Source of the DNA: Candidatus Delongbacteria bacterium
GTDB lineage: Bacteria > CAIWAD01
Direction of reading: 5' to 3'
DNA: 64,000 bases
Assembly: GCA_963663545.1 (NCBI GenBank)
Contig: OY760505.1
Span: 2,144,001-2,208,000, forward strand
Within the stretch, counting starts at the first letter, position 1, and each line of letters opens with the position of its first letter. The notes under the pieces are model-generated. The model worked only from the letters and a program-made list of their open reading frames with translations. It had not been told where the DNA came from and did no database searches. Below are positions 30,210-42,600 of the stretch, piece after piece. Made by a program: the position numbers and the translations under genes.

Positions 30210-33200
30210 ATGAGCAAAGCCGCGATCTTTCTGACCCTGTTGCTGACTGTGAGCCAGGCCTTTGCCCTGGTTCAGCACACAGCTGACATGAGCGTCGAAC
30301 AGAACAGCCCGACCAGCTTTCAGTTGAGCATCAACGTCCCCGATGCCGAGGTCGAAGAGTACGTAGGAAAGGAAATCCTGCGCATTCCCGGCGAAGGTGT
30401 GCTGGGCGTGGCAGGTTGCCCGGACTTGCCCTTGTTGGTGCGTCCCATTCGAATTGAGCCAGGCCGCGCCTACAGTGCCGAGCTTGTCGAAGCGCAGTGG
30501 ACGTCCCTTGGTGTTCGTGAAATCTGCCCCCGCCAGGAGCGGCTGCACGAGGAGATCGATCTGCCACTTCCCTGGATCGAGGAAGCGGATGTCTTTGGCG
30601 CCGACGCGTTCTGGCCCAATGAGGCTCTCACTCTCTCGGAGCCCGTGCTTGTTCGTGAGACACGCATGCTAAAACTGATGCTCGCGCCTTATCGCTACAA
30701 TCCGATCACGGGAGAGCTGCAGAAGCTAGAGCACGCCACTATCGAGCTGCGTGATACGGGCAGTAGTTCTGTGAACAACCCAACGCGTAGCACGCGCATT
30801 GACGATCCCGCAGGACGGGCGGCTGAACGCGCGTTTACACGCAGCCTGATTCGCGATGATCGTCTGGTGGATCTGGTGGAGATCAATGCTCCCGAGGCCG
30901 GTGACATGGAGAGCATCGAATGGGAGCGGGCGGAATTGCCGCTGAACTACCTCGTCTTTGCGCCTGCATCGGCCATGACGCAGACGGCACTGTTGAACTA
31001 CCTCGAGTGGAAGCGTCAGCGCGGCCACTATGTGGAAGTCATCACCGATGCAGACATCTCGTTTACTAGCACCAACATTCGCAATGCGATCATGCAGCGC
31101 TACGAAACCTCGTCACACCCGCCGCACTACGTGATGCTGGTTGGTGATACAAATGGTACGTACACGGTTCCCACAGGAGGCGGCCAGTACGACCACTTCT
31201 ATGCTACCGTCGCGGGCAGCGATATCCTGGCCGATGTCGTTGTGGGCCGCATGTCCGTGTCGTCGGCCAATGAGCTGGCTGGCGTGTGCAACAAGCTGCG
31301 CAACTACGAGGCTTATCCCTACACCGGTGATACAAACTGGCTGCGTCGCGCCTCATTTCTTACTGGCAGCGGCCACTGTGGAGAATCGATGAGCCAGCTC
31401 TGCCGCATGGTGGCACACGAGCTGGTCGAGGAGCGTGGATACACGCAGATTGATACTGCGTGGTGTGCTAACAGCCCCAGTTATGTCTACAACTGGATTA
31501 ATCAGGGCATCAGCTTTTACACGTACCGTGGCTGGATTGGCATGGAAAATCTCAGCCAGTCTACGTTGATTAACCTCTCGCAGGGACCACGCATGCCCGT
31601 GGCCGTGGTTTTCACATGCAGTTCCGGCGAGTTCGACAGCAGCTACGAGGTCGCGTTCTCAGAAGCCTTCCTGCGCGGAGGCGATGCTGCTACCGCTGGC
31701 GGCGCTGTTGCCGGAATGGGCTTCTGCACGACTGCAACACACACCGAGTATAACAACGTGGTGGTAGGTGGCTTCTACGCGGCACTGCTGGATTACGACA
31801 TCCATCAAGTGGGCACATGCATGTTCCGAGGAAAATACGACCTCTGGCTGTCGCTGCCCGAGGGCGACTCCGCCACGAACGGCTTCAGTTACTGGGGCAA
31901 CCTGATGGGTGACCCGGGCATGGAGATGCTCTGCGGCGTTCCCGCGGAAATGACCATGTCTACGGATGATAACCAGGTCTACTTGGGCAGCGAGTCGATG
32001 CAGCTCTCGATGTTTGATGATGGCGGTGATCCGCTTCCCGGCATTACTGTGTGCGCCTACCAGCCAAGCGGTTTGCAGTCGGTTGGTGTTACAGGCCAGG
32101 ATGGAACGGTCGTTCTTTGGCTGACAGGGCTCCAAGAGGAAGACCTGACGCTGACGGCGACACGGGCAGATTACATTCCCGTGATACAAACGCTATCTGT
32201 TGTCGGCGATCTGGCGGCTCCTGTTCTGGATGAGTTGAACGGCACCGGACCTGGGGGCTCATCAAGCGTACGCGCTGGAGAACTGCTGACCCTGAGTCCG
32301 GTCTTTGCGAACGCTTCCGAGACCGGATCCCTGTCGAGCATGACGGTTACGCTGGTGGACGGTGTCGGCTATCAGGTCGTTGATGGCAGCACCGGTCTGG
32401 ATGCAATCCCTGCAGGCGGGACAGCCACCGTAACTGCGCCGCTCTCACTTCAGGTTGATAGCGATTACACAACCGGCGACGATCTTGTGATACGTTTCGA
32501 GCTTGAATCCGGTAGCGAGATGTGGCACCTGGCGGCGGAGAAGGGCATCAGCTCGCCTGCCCTGCTGATGGATGCCGACGGACCGGAGTACACGGCTTTC
32601 AATCCCGGCGGCAGCAGCGATGTCAACTTCACCCTTACGAACCACAGCCTGCAGACCGCTGCAGAGGTTACTCTGTATTTTTCGGTGAATGAGGGCAGCG
32701 GGTTTGAATTGGACATCGCCGAGCGCCCAATTGGTACAATCGCCGGTTTCGGCCAGTACAACGCACAGGTCGAGGTTACGGCAGATGGTGGATTGGTTGC
32801 GGGCTATACTTCCGTGATACACGTGGATTGGGAGACCATGTACGGTGAGCGCGGAAGAATTGAAGTGCCCGTGACACTGGGCACCGGTGCCATCACAGAT
32901 CCCACGGGACCGGACGAGTATGGTTACATGGGCTTTGAGGATGACGACAATCAATGGCTACAGGCACCGGCTTTTAGCTGGATTGAGATCGCGCCCAACG
33001 CTGGCGGTGATGGTACTGTTCTGAGCATTAATGACTATGGTAATGAGCAGGATGATGCAACCCTTGTTGATCTGCCCTTTACCTTTGTGCTCTACGGCCA
33101 ACCCTACAATATCATGGGTGTGTGCTCCAATGGCTTTGTCAGCTTTGGCCCGAATTCGCATCTCGAGACGGATTTCCGAAATCATTATCTGCCTGCGGGC

Positions 33201-34865
33201 ATGGGTCCCGAGCCGATGCTGGCGCCCATGTGGGATGATTTCTTCCTCGGCGGCAACGCACAGATCTGCGGGAAGTATCTCGAAGACGCGCACATCTATG
33301 TTGTCGAGTGGTATCGCGTTCTGACCAACAGCAATCAGGCGGTCAACACCTTCCAGCTGCTCCTGTATGATCCTGCTTTCTATCCGACGGATACTGGTGA
33401 CGGCGAGGTTATATTCCAGTACCAGACCTTCAGTGATACACAAAGCAACTCGCAGGATTTCCCCTACTGCACAGTGGGAATCAAGGATCACACCGGAACG
33501 CGCGGCTTGACCTTGACCTGCTACCACGAGCGGCCTTCGACGGCACACACGATTACAGATGAGACCGCGATCAGGTTCACGACGACGGTGCACTTCAATG
33601 TTGAACCGCCGGTATTAAGTCTGATTGATGAGTCAATTCTCTTTCAGGCTGAAACCGGCAGCGTTGTCACGTTGAACGATTCCATTCGCTTTACGAATGA
33701 AGGAACGGGCAATCTTGCCTGGCTGGCTTCGCTAGAGTACACCGAAGACTGGCCACCCGCCGAACAGCGCGCCAGCGGGAGTGATCAATACGGTTACACC
33801 TGGATGGACAGTGATGAAGACGGTGGTCCGCAGGCAGGCTGGGTGGACATCAGCGATGTGGAGATTCCCGTCTCGCTGACGCACAATGACTCCGCCGTCG
33901 GACCCTTGAGCCTTGGCTTTGACTTCTCTTTTTACGGTGATACATACAACCAGTTCTGGATCAATCCGAACGGCTTCCTCTCCTTCGAGGAGGCACACGG
34001 ATACTTCCAGAATAATGTGGGCTTGCCCAGCGATCAGGCTCCCGAGACGATCATTGCGCCGTGGTGGGACGATCTGCTGACCAATGCCGTGCTCAATGAC
34101 GAAGACTGGATTACGTGGTACAGCAACAACAGCGACTCGTTGATTGTGTGTTACAACAACGTGCCTCACTTCAATCCTAACAGCTATGGCGGTCCCTTTA
34201 CATTCCAGATCATTCTGGAGGGGAATGGACGTATCACCTTCAACTATGGTGATATGAGTTCCAGTGATCCAAACAGCGATTCGGGAACCATCGGAATCCA
34301 GGGAAGCAGTACTCTGGGAATGATGATTGCCGCCAACCAGACCACTGCAGTTTCTGACCGGACCATCCGCATCCGGCCTCCGCACTGGCTTGCACTGGGT
34401 AGCGTTAGTGGCATCGTTCCTAGTGGCGGTAGTGGGCACATTCCGCTTGTAGTGAATACGCAGGTCAGTGGATTCCTTTATCCGGAAGATGACTACTCGG
34501 TGAACCTTCTGCTAGCAACCAACGATCCGGATCACCGTGAGACAACCATTCCTATTACACTGCACATCGGTGAAGTCAGCGTTTCCAACGGTGATACACC
34601 GGTCAGTTTTGGGATCACCAAGGTGTATCCCAATCCCTTCAATCCAACGACGACCGTTCAGTTCACACTTCCCGCGCAGAGTGCGGTCGACGCGCGTTTG
34701 TTCAACTTGCTAGGACAAGAGGTCGCACAACTCGTAGATCAGCCGATGGCGGCGGGCCAGCACACCTTGCAGGTTGACGGAAGCCGACTTGCAAGTGGCG
34801 TCTACATGTTGCGTCTGGCAGCTGGCAGCGATGTTCGCGTACACAAGCTGATGTTGATGAAATAG
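30210..34865 (+). CDS. C25 (gingipain-like) peptidase family protein, paralogue 1, with T9SS/FlgD-type CTD
   Basis: Propeptide (GCPDLP), EWKRQRGH, YVMLVGD, VGRMSV, LMGDPG, TGPDEYGY modules and a YPNPFNP CTD. Confidence 0.88.
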   Translation: MSKAAIFLTLLLTVSQAFALVQHTADMSVEQNSPTSFQLSINVPDAEVEEYVGKEILRIPGEGVLGVAGCPDLPLLVRPIRIEPGRAYSAELVEAQWTSLGVREICPRQERLHEEIDLPLPWIEEADVFGADAFWPNEALTLSEPVLVRETRMLKLMLAPYRYNPITGELQKLEHATIELRDTGSSSVNNPTRSTRIDDPAGRAAERAFTRSLIRDDRLVDLVEINAPEAGDMESIEWERAELPLNYLVFAPASAMTQTALLNYLEWKRQRGHYVEVITDADISFTSTNIRNAIMQRYETSSHPPHYVMLVGDTNGTYTVPTGGGQYDHFYATVAGSDILADVVVGRMSVSSANELAGVCNKLRNYEAYPYTGDTNWLRRASFLTGSGHCGESMSQLCRMVAHELVEERGYTQIDTAWCANSPSYVYNWINQGISFYTYRGWIGMENLSQSTLINLSQGPRMPVAVVFTCSSGEFDSSYEVAFSEAFLRGGDAATAGGAVAGMGFCTTATHTEYNNVVVGGFYAALLDYDIHQVGTCMFRGKYDLWLSLPEGDSATNGFSYWGNLMGDPGMEMLCGVPAEMTMSTDDNQVYLGSESMQLSMFDDGGDPLPGITVCAYQPSGLQSVGVTGQDGTVVLWLTGLQEEDLTLTATRADYIPVIQTLSVVGDLAAPVLDELNGTGPGGSSSVRAGELLTLSPVFANASETGSLSSMTVTLVDGVGYQVVDGSTGLDAIPAGGTATVTAPLSLQVDSDYTTGDDLVIRFELESGSEMWHLAAEKGISSPALLMDADGPEYTAFNPGGSSDVNFTLTNHSLQTAAEVTLYFSVNEGSGFELDIAERPIGTIAGFGQYNAQVEVTADGGLVAGYTSVIHVDWETMYGERGRIEVPVTLGTGAITDPTGPDEYGYMGFEDDDNQWLQAPAFSWIEIAPNAGGDGTVLSINDYGNEQDDATLVDLPFTFVLYGQPYNIMGVCSNGFVSFGPNSHLETDFRNHYLPAGMGPEPMLAPMWDDFFLGGNAQICGKYLEDAHIYVVEWYRVLTNSNQAVNTFQLLLYDPAFYPTDTGDGEVIFQYQTFSDTQSNSQDFPYCTVGIKDHTGTRGLTLTCYHERPSTAHTITDETAIRFTTTVHFNVEPPVLSLIDESILFQAETGSVVTLNDSIRFTNEGTGNLAWLASLEYTEDWPPAEQRASGSDQYGYTWMDSDEDGGPQAGWVDISDVEIPVSLTHNDSAVGPLSLGFDFSFYGDTYNQFWINPNGFLSFEEAHGYFQNNVGLPSDQAPETIIAPWWDDLLTNAVLNDEDWITWYSNNSDSLIVCYNNVPHFNPNSYGGPFTFQIILEGNGRITFNYGDMSSSDPNSDSGTIGIQGSSTLGMMIAANQTTAVSDRTIRIRPPHWLALGSVSGIVPSGGSGHIPLVVNTQVSGFLYPEDDYSVNLLLATNDPDHRETTIPITLHIGEVSVSNGDTPVSFGITKVYPNPFNPTTTVQFTLPAQSAVDARLFNLLGQEVAQLVDQPMAAGQHTLQVDGSRLASGVYMLRLAAGSDVRVHKLMLMK

Positions 34866-34939
34866 CAGCAGATCGAGAGTATCAGGCGAAACCGGTCCGG
34901 AGCTAATGCTCCGGGCCGGTACGCCGGCTTGGAGGAATC

Positions 34940-37900
34940 ATGTGGAGAGCGATGACGCTTTGTCTGCTTCTGCAGACAGGGAGTTGGTTGTATGCCAGTG
35001 AAACGGATCACGGTGATACACAGATTCAATTGCAGTTAAGCTTCGGTTCTGTTGTCGTACAAGACGTGACGATGGCGGGTGAGCGGTGGAGTACCTTGGA
35101 GTGCTCAGAGCAAGCGCTCCCTGGTCCTGCGGGAGCCCCAGCCCTGCCATGGCTCACGCGCTTGGTTGAGATTCCACCAACGGGCAGTATCACGTTCTCA
35201 TACACGACTGATGATCTAGATGTGATACGCGGTGTGCATTTGCTCCCTGAGCAGGAGCGCGTGAGTGATGATCGCAGCGGTGGGCCTTTGGCTTTTGTGC
35301 AGGACAATGCGATCTACTCGAGTTCAGGCATGTGGCCTGCACAGGAGGTGCAAGTTGGCGATCCCGTGATCTTGCGCAACCGTCGCATGGTCAAGCTGAC
35401 CTGGTATCCTTGCCGTTGGAATCCTGCCAATGATGAGTTGGTTGTGTCTCACGAACTGAATCTCGTGATACATACGGATGCAAAAGCCGGTGTGAATGAA
35501 ATCAGTCAACGCATTCCCTGCCATTTTAGCCCGATGGATCGTCTGTCGGAAGCCGTCGTAGATGTTCCATTTGCGCATGGCGATGAGGGCGCAATGCGTG
35601 ACATCTTTGAGCGGCCCGCTTTGCCAGGAACCTACCTCGTTTTCGGTCACAGTGGAGCACTGGCGAACGCTTTGATGCAGCAGTTTCTGGAATGGAAGCG
35701 CAGTCGCGGCCATGTAGTACACGTAGAAGATGAAAGCAGCATCGGTTCACTCACACCGGGCAACATCTTTCAGACCATCAACGACTACTACTACAACTCC
35801 GAGTACCCGCCCGACTTCGTCATGCTGATTGGTGATCCCGATGGCAGTGGTGATTTTAGCATGCCAGCGTACGACAGCAATTACGATGGTCTGCAGGATC
35901 ATGGCTATTCACTGATTGAGGGCGACGATATTCTGGGCGATCTTGCGGTAGGTCGCATTTCGGTAACCAGTCAGTCTCAGCTGGCTTCGGTGCTGACCAA
36001 AATCATGGGCTACGAACAGTCTCCCACCATTGCGGGAACGAGCTGGCTGACCCATGCGGCTCTTTCCACCGGCTACAATGCCGTTTCCATGGTGCACCTC
36101 TGCCGTTCTGTCGTCCAGCGCTACCTCAATGCGGGCTTCACGGATATCGACACCTTGTGGTACAACAGCAATTCCTCCTGGGTGGACGCCCGCTTCAACG
36201 AGGGCATTTCCCAATACTGTTACCGCGGCTGGATTGGTATGAACGGCGTTGACGCCGACTATGTTGATAACCACTCGCACTTCACCAACAGTGGCCGTTG
36301 CCCGATTGCCTGCATCTTTACCTGTGCCACTGGCGATTACAACGGTGGCTATTCCACGACCGAAGCCTTTTTGCGCAAGGGATCCATCGACAACCCGCGA
36401 GGCGCGGTCGCCGCGATGGGCTTTTCAACGTCGGCGACGCACACGGCCTACAACAATGCAGTCGTTGCCGGCTATTACAGCGGCATTCACGATCTGCATC
36501 TTCCCATTGGGCCGGCGATGTTCCGCGGCAAGTACAACCTGTGGGCGACACTTCCCGAGGGCGACACGAATGCTCGCGCTTTCTCTAATCGTGCCAATTT
36601 GATGGGTGATCCCGGGCTGGACGACTGGAACGGTTTGCCAACCTCGCTGAGCCTAAGCTGCGAGGAGGGAACGACGATTTCCTACGGCCAGGCCTTGTTG
36701 ACCTTCCATGTGCAAAACGAGTTGGGTACCGATGTGGAGGGGGCCGTCGTCTGTGTGTATCAGTCTGGCGATCTGCAGGAACGAGCTCTGACCGGCCCGG
36801 ATGGCATTGCACGCCTTTCTATTGCAGGCGCAGAGGCCGGATCGTTCACGGCAACTGCCAGCGGACGGAATCTGATTCCGCAGACCCTTGTGCTGCAGCT
36901 GGCAGAGAGCACATCAATGCTTGCGCTCACGGGTGCAGACCCCGAGTACTGCATCCCCGGCGCGGTGAGTCCGGTTGCACCCCTGCTTCGTAATGGAGGC
37001 AGCACGGACCTCACAGGCATTGAGCTACAGTTCGCTACTCTTGGTGATACGTACACGCTATCCGACAGCACTTCGTCCATTGGAACCCTGACACCTTCGC
37101 AGGAGGCCACGGGTGACGTGATACTTGTGTCACCGGTTGCCGGTCTTGGAGATTATCAGATCGTCGATATTCCCGTTGAGCTTAGCACTGATGCTGGATC
37201 ACGCACGGATTGTCTGCGCTTGATGACTCATGCACCACGTTTGGAATTGGGCGCAGCGCTTTTCAACGATGCCGAGATTTTACAACCGGGCGAGAACATC
37301 GATGTGCAGTTCAGCTACACCAACACCGGGCATCTGGACGCGCAGGGCTTGAGCCTTACCCTCAGTTGCGACGATCCCGCTGTGACATTCATTGGCCAAC
37401 CCGATGGGCCGGTATCACTGTCGCAGGGAGTCAGCGCCTGGTACCATTCTGCCATCGATCTGGAGGGAACCATTTTCGATGGCGCACCATTGCGTATCAC
37501 GTGCGATTGGGAGTGCAGCAATGGGCCGAGCGGAAGTGTCACTCATGTGTTCTATGTAGGAATGCCGCAGGGAATGTCGCCTACCGGTCCCGACGACTAT
37601 GGCTATTATGCATATGAGGATATGGACAACAACACCAAGTCTCCCGTGTACGACTGGCGGGAGATTTCCATCATTGGAACTCAGCTTCCTATAAGTGATA
37701 CATCGGATGAGGATGACCAGTCGATGCGTGTCACACTGCCCTTTGAGTTTGTGTATTACGGCGAATCCTACAGCAGCGTAGCCGTGTGCACAAATGGGTA
37801 CATCGCCTTCGGCGAAGGCGCAGAAAATGATCCGCATTACCGCAATCACGCTCTGCCCTCAGCTACGGGACCCAATGGAATGATCGCGCCCTTCTGGGAT

Positions 37901-39517
37901 GATCTTCAGACGATCAGCGGCGGCGGCATATTCACCTACTATGACGTGACGGATCATGTCTTCATCGTTCAGTGGAACAATATGAATAGCAATGGCAGCG
38001 GTGGTCGTAATACATTTGAGCTGCTGCTACTCGATCCGGCGTATCACACCACGGAGAGCGGTGATGGCGATTTCGTGATGCAATGGAGCACGTGGGACAA
38101 CAGCCAGAGCAACTTCACCGATTTCCCCTACTGCAGCGTTGGAATAGAAAGCCTGGACAACTTGAGCGGACTTAGCCTCAGCAACTACGGTATTGAAGCG
38201 CCGACTATCTACGGCATGTATGCGGGTAAGGCCATCTGCTTCAGCACGGACCGTGGTGATCGAATGACCAATGAGACCAATCCGCCCATCGTCAGTTTTG
38301 CCCCGATTGGAATAACGCGTGTCGACACGCCTACTTTGTATCACTGCACGGCGGTGGATCCATCCGGAGTGAGTGGGGTTATTCTGCACGTCCTTGACAG
38401 CAGTGGCGATGCCAGCAATGTGATGCACTACAATGTCGCCGCCTCACGTTATGAGTACACGCTACCTGCGCGTGATCTGGGCGATGATTTCGACGTCTTC
38501 GTTGAGGCCACTGATGGAGCGGAGATTCCCAATACAGCCTACACCGATACAACACATGTGGTGGTTTCGGCAGGATATCCGCCTTCGGGGCCGGACGGGT
38601 ATGGACACCTGGCAATGGAAGCCATGGACGTCGGTGGCAGCGCCTACAACTGGGTGGACATCAGCAACTTCGGTGTGAGTGTCGATTTTAACTACAGCTG
38701 GTTTGTCAACCGTGAAGTCAGCACACTCAATCTCGTTTGGTTTGGCGAAGACTTTGACGAAATCACGCTTAGTGTATTCGGTGCATTCTATTTCGGAAAT
38801 GTATACCCAGAGTGGATCGACACCTCGCCCATGGCCGCAGGCCATGGAATAGCCAATCAGGTCAACGTCAATGCCACCTGGTATGAGTGGTACGAAGAAC
38901 CCGAGATCTACTTGTGGGTAGATGAGATTGGTGGCCGGCTGATCCTCTCCTGGGAGAACATGACGGGTTGGAACGACGAAGGCCAGTACTATACGGCCTC
39001 CTTCCAGGCTATCATTTACGATGCCGAACAGCATCCCACGACCAATGGCGACTCAGCTATTCTCTTCCAGTACCGCGAAATCGGCGACCTGGTATCGGAC
39101 CATTCCATTGGCTTCCAGGACGGCAATACCACAGATGGACTCAACTTGTACTGGAACGGCGGATATATTGAGGACCTTTCGGATCTCAGCGATGCCACGG
39201 CGCTTTTGATCAGCTCGGGATGGGCCACAGAGGTTCCACAGACCTTGCAGCCGCTGGTGTTCCAACTGGACAGTGTATGGCCGAATCCTTTCAATCCCAC
39301 AGCGCGCGTCAGCTTCCAATTGCCGGTTGCCGGTCAAGTGGAACTTGTGCTTTACAATCTGCTTGGGCAGGAGGTGTCACAGTTGATGTCGGCTCCGATG
39401 GCGGCCGGATCACACAGCGTCATGCTTGATGGCGAGGGTCTGGCCAGCGGAATCTATCTGCTGCGTCTCTCCAATGGCAGCCAGCAGGAAGTAAGGCGTA
39501 TCACGCTGTTGCGTTGA
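34940..39517 (+). CDS. C25 (gingipain-like) family protein, paralogue 2, with T9SS/FlgD-type CTD
   Basis: Same architecture, GGAGG RBS and WPNPFNP CTD. Confidence 0.88.
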   Translation: MWRAMTLCLLLQTGSWLYASETDHGDTQIQLQLSFGSVVVQDVTMAGERWSTLECSEQALPGPAGAPALPWLTRLVEIPPTGSITFSYTTDDLDVIRGVHLLPEQERVSDDRSGGPLAFVQDNAIYSSSGMWPAQEVQVGDPVILRNRRMVKLTWYPCRWNPANDELVVSHELNLVIHTDAKAGVNEISQRIPCHFSPMDRLSEAVVDVPFAHGDEGAMRDIFERPALPGTYLVFGHSGALANALMQQFLEWKRSRGHVVHVEDESSIGSLTPGNIFQTINDYYYNSEYPPDFVMLIGDPDGSGDFSMPAYDSNYDGLQDHGYSLIEGDDILGDLAVGRISVTSQSQLASVLTKIMGYEQSPTIAGTSWLTHAALSTGYNAVSMVHLCRSVVQRYLNAGFTDIDTLWYNSNSSWVDARFNEGISQYCYRGWIGMNGVDADYVDNHSHFTNSGRCPIACIFTCATGDYNGGYSTTEAFLRKGSIDNPRGAVAAMGFSTSATHTAYNNAVVAGYYSGIHDLHLPIGPAMFRGKYNLWATLPEGDTNARAFSNRANLMGDPGLDDWNGLPTSLSLSCEEGTTISYGQALLTFHVQNELGTDVEGAVVCVYQSGDLQERALTGPDGIARLSIAGAEAGSFTATASGRNLIPQTLVLQLAESTSMLALTGADPEYCIPGAVSPVAPLLRNGGSTDLTGIELQFATLGDTYTLSDSTSSIGTLTPSQEATGDVILVSPVAGLGDYQIVDIPVELSTDAGSRTDCLRLMTHAPRLELGAALFNDAEILQPGENIDVQFSYTNTGHLDAQGLSLTLSCDDPAVTFIGQPDGPVSLSQGVSAWYHSAIDLEGTIFDGAPLRITCDWECSNGPSGSVTHVFYVGMPQGMSPTGPDDYGYYAYEDMDNNTKSPVYDWREISIIGTQLPISDTSDEDDQSMRVTLPFEFVYYGESYSSVAVCTNGYIAFGEGAENDPHYRNHALPSATGPNGMIAPFWDDLQTISGGGIFTYYDVTDHVFIVQWNNMNSNGSGGRNTFELLLLDPAYHTTESGDGDFVMQWSTWDNSQSNFTDFPYCSVGIESLDNLSGLSLSNYGIEAPTIYGMYAGKAICFSTDRGDRMTNETNPPIVSFAPIGITRVDTPTLYHCTAVDPSGVSGVILHVLDSSGDASNVMHYNVAASRYEYTLPARDLGDDFDVFVEATDGAEIPNTAYTDTTHVVVSAGYPPSGPDGYGHLAMEAMDVGGSAYNWVDISNFGVSVDFNYSWFVNREVSTLNLVWFGEDFDEITLSVFGAFYFGNVYPEWIDTSPMAAGHGIANQVNVNATWYEWYEEPEIYLWVDEIGGRLILSWENMTGWNDEGQYYTASFQAIIYDAEQHPTTNGDSAILFQYREIGDLVSDHSIGFQDGNTTDGLNLYWNGGYIEDLSDLSDATALLISSGWATEVPQTLQPLVFQLDSVWPNPFNPTARVSFQLPVAGQVELVLYNLLGQEVSQLMSAPMAAGSHSVMLDGEGLASGIYLLRLSNGSQQEVRRITLLR

Positions 39518-39629
39518 TAATGCGCGACTCGTGTAGCACGAATCAGAGACAAGACGGCACAGGGACAAGACAGAAGAAACAACCGGCCCGGAGTTCGCTC
39601 CGGGTCGGGCTGTGTTTTGGGGAGGAGCC

Positions 39630-42600
39630 ATGTGGAAGGCGGTAGTTCTTGGCTTACTGTTGACTGGCGCTGCGCGAGCAATTGCTGCGGTAGCGACGGA
39701 GAGTGAGTCGCACATTTCGGTGCAAGTGCATTTTGGTGCCGTGGAGCTTGTCGATGTGAGTCTGGCTGGCCGCCAGTGGCAGGAGCTACGCTGTGACACA
39801 CCATCGCTACCAGGCACCGCCGGAGCACCTTCGCTTCCCTGGATCACACGACTGATCGAGCTTCCGCCCACGGGCAGGTTTTCCTGCAACTACTCTCTTT
39901 CGGGCACGGAAATCCTGCGGGCACCTGCGCTGATTCCCGAACAGGAACGGGTGAGCGACGAGCGCAGTAGCGGTCCTCTTCCTTTTGTTCTGGATGAGAG
40001 CGCCTACACAGGCAGCACTTTATGGTCTCAGCAGGATGTGATTCTTGGAGAGCCAGTCATTGTGCGCAATCGGCGTATGGCAAAACTGACCTGGTACCCC
40101 TGTCGCTGGAATCCCGAAAATGGTGAGCTTCTCGTGTCACACGAGCTGGATCTGGTGATACAACCTGAATCCGGAGCCGGAACCAACGAGCTTCGATTCG
40201 AACTTCCCCGCCATAACGGGCCGTTGGAGCATCTCGCGAACGCATTGCTGGATGTCCCGTTGGCGCACGAGGACGGAACGCTGAGCTCAATCTTTGATCG
40301 TCCAGCATTACCGGGCACCTATCTGATCATCGGCCACAGCGGTGCTTTGACAAACAGCCTGATGCAGCAGTTCATCGAGTGGAAGCGCAGCCGTGGGCAC
40401 GTAGTACATGTCTATGATGAAGAGCAGATCGGCACACTGAATGCAGACAATATCTACAGTGCCATCCGCAACAGTTACTACAACGACGAGTACCCGCCGG
40501 ATTTCGTAATGCTGATTGGTGATCCGGACGGTGACGCAGACTTTCATCTTCCTGCCCGTGACACCCAGTACGATGGTGAGCAGGATCATGGCTATTCGCG
40601 GCTTGAGGGCGACGACATCCTGGGTGATGTGGCCGTTGGACGCATTTCCGTCAGCAATCAGGCCCAGTTGGCGTCGGTACTGACTAAAATCATGCTCTAC
40701 GAGAAAACGCCCCTCGCTGCGGGAGAAGACTGGCTGGCGAGGGCGGCGCTGTCTACCGGATACGATGCGGTTTCCATGGTGCATCTTTGCCGCAGTATTG
40801 CACAGCGATTCCGGGATGCTGGCTACATGCGTGTAGATACACTTTGGTATCACAGCAGTGCTTCCTGGGTCAACGCGCGCTTTAATGAGGGAATCTCGCA
40901 GTACTGCTATCGCGGCTGGATTGACATGAACGGTGTCACGACGAGTTTTGTCAACAACGACGCGAATTTTACCAACAGCGGACGCTGCCCGGTGGCCTGT
41001 ATCTTCACGTGCTCGACCGGCGATTTCAACGGTAATCTTTCCACCACCGAAGCCTTTCTGCGAAAGGGCACCATTGACAATCCACGCGGAGCGGTTGCCG
41101 CCATGGGTTTTGCGACCTCGGCTACTCACACGGCGTATAATAATGCTGTGGTCGCCGGCTATTACAGCGGCATTCACGATCTGCAGCTTCCCATAGGACC
41201 CGCCGTGTTCCGTGGCAAATACAATCTCTGGGCTACCCTCCCCGAGGGCGATATTAACGCGATAGCCTTTTCCAATCGCGCGAATCTGATGGGCGACCCA
41301 GGTCTGGAGGATTGGAATGGGCCTCCGCAGGCTTTGACTCTGAGCTGCGCGGAAGGAAGCGAGATCCCCTTCGGGCAAGCCTTGTTGACATTCCGGGTTG
41401 CGGACGAAAACGGTGATCCGCTGGAGGGAGTGACGGTTTGTGCCTATCAGGCAGGACATCTGCAGGAACGCGCACTCACCAATGCTGCAGGTGTATCACG
41501 GCTGTCTCTTGTCGGAGCAGTGCCTGGTGAAATCCTGGTCACTGCGAGCGCGCGCAACTTCTTTCCGGAGCAGATGCTGCTGCCGTTGGGTGAGGCGAGT
41601 TCCATGCTGGTGCTAGTGGGTGCTGCCCCCGATGCCCTGATTCCCGGAGTACCGAACACCGTCTCCCCGCAACTTCGAAATGGAGGTAGCACAGAGCTGA
41701 ACGCGATCTCGCTGCAATTCAACACCGAAGGAAACAGCTTTTTCCTATCTGACAGTCTGAGCTCGCTGGTCGGGTTGGCTCCCGGGGAAGAGCTGGCTGG
41801 TGATCCAATTACGCTTGTGCCTGTTGCCACACTGGTGGACGGCGGAGTGTTACAGATTCCCGTGACACTTGGCGCCAACGGCTTTGAGCGCGCCGACGGG
41901 CTTGGCCTTTCCGTGGTTGCTCCCGTGCTCGACCTGGTGGAAGCCCGGTTTAATGATGCCGAAGTGCTTGATCCGGCCATGGATATTGAGCTGAAGCTCC
42001 GCTACACCAATACCGGCCATCTGGATGCCGAAGGACTGCGCTTCGAGCTGAGCAGTACTGATCCAATGCTGAGTGTCGTATCACAGCCGGAGGGTGCGGT
42101 TTCACTTGGCGTCGGGCAGAGTGCCGACATTCACGCGACGATCAGCCTAAGTGCAGCAGCATTTGATGGCTGCGTCTTGGAGCTGCAATGCCACTGGAGT
42201 TGCAGCAACGGTCCTGCCGGGGATCTGGAGCATCGCTTTGCGGTGGGTACACCAACCACTCTCGCCCCCGGTGGCCCAGATGCCTACGGCTATTACCTCT
42301 ACGAGGATCTGGACAACAACACCAAATCTCCCATTTTCGATTGGCGCGAGATTGCGGAGATCGGCACGCAGCTGCCTATCAGCGATCTGGTGGATCAAGA
42401 TGATGAAGCCCTGCGCATCGAGCTCCCCTTCGACTTTGTGTATTACGGGCAGAGCTACAGCAGTGTGGTCGTGTGTACAAACGGCTTCATCGCCTTTGGC
42501 ACGGGCGCGGAGTTTGATCCTCACTACCGCAACCACCGGCTTCCCTCGGCAACCGGCCCCCACGGCATGGTGGCACCCTTCTGGGATGATCTGCTGACAG

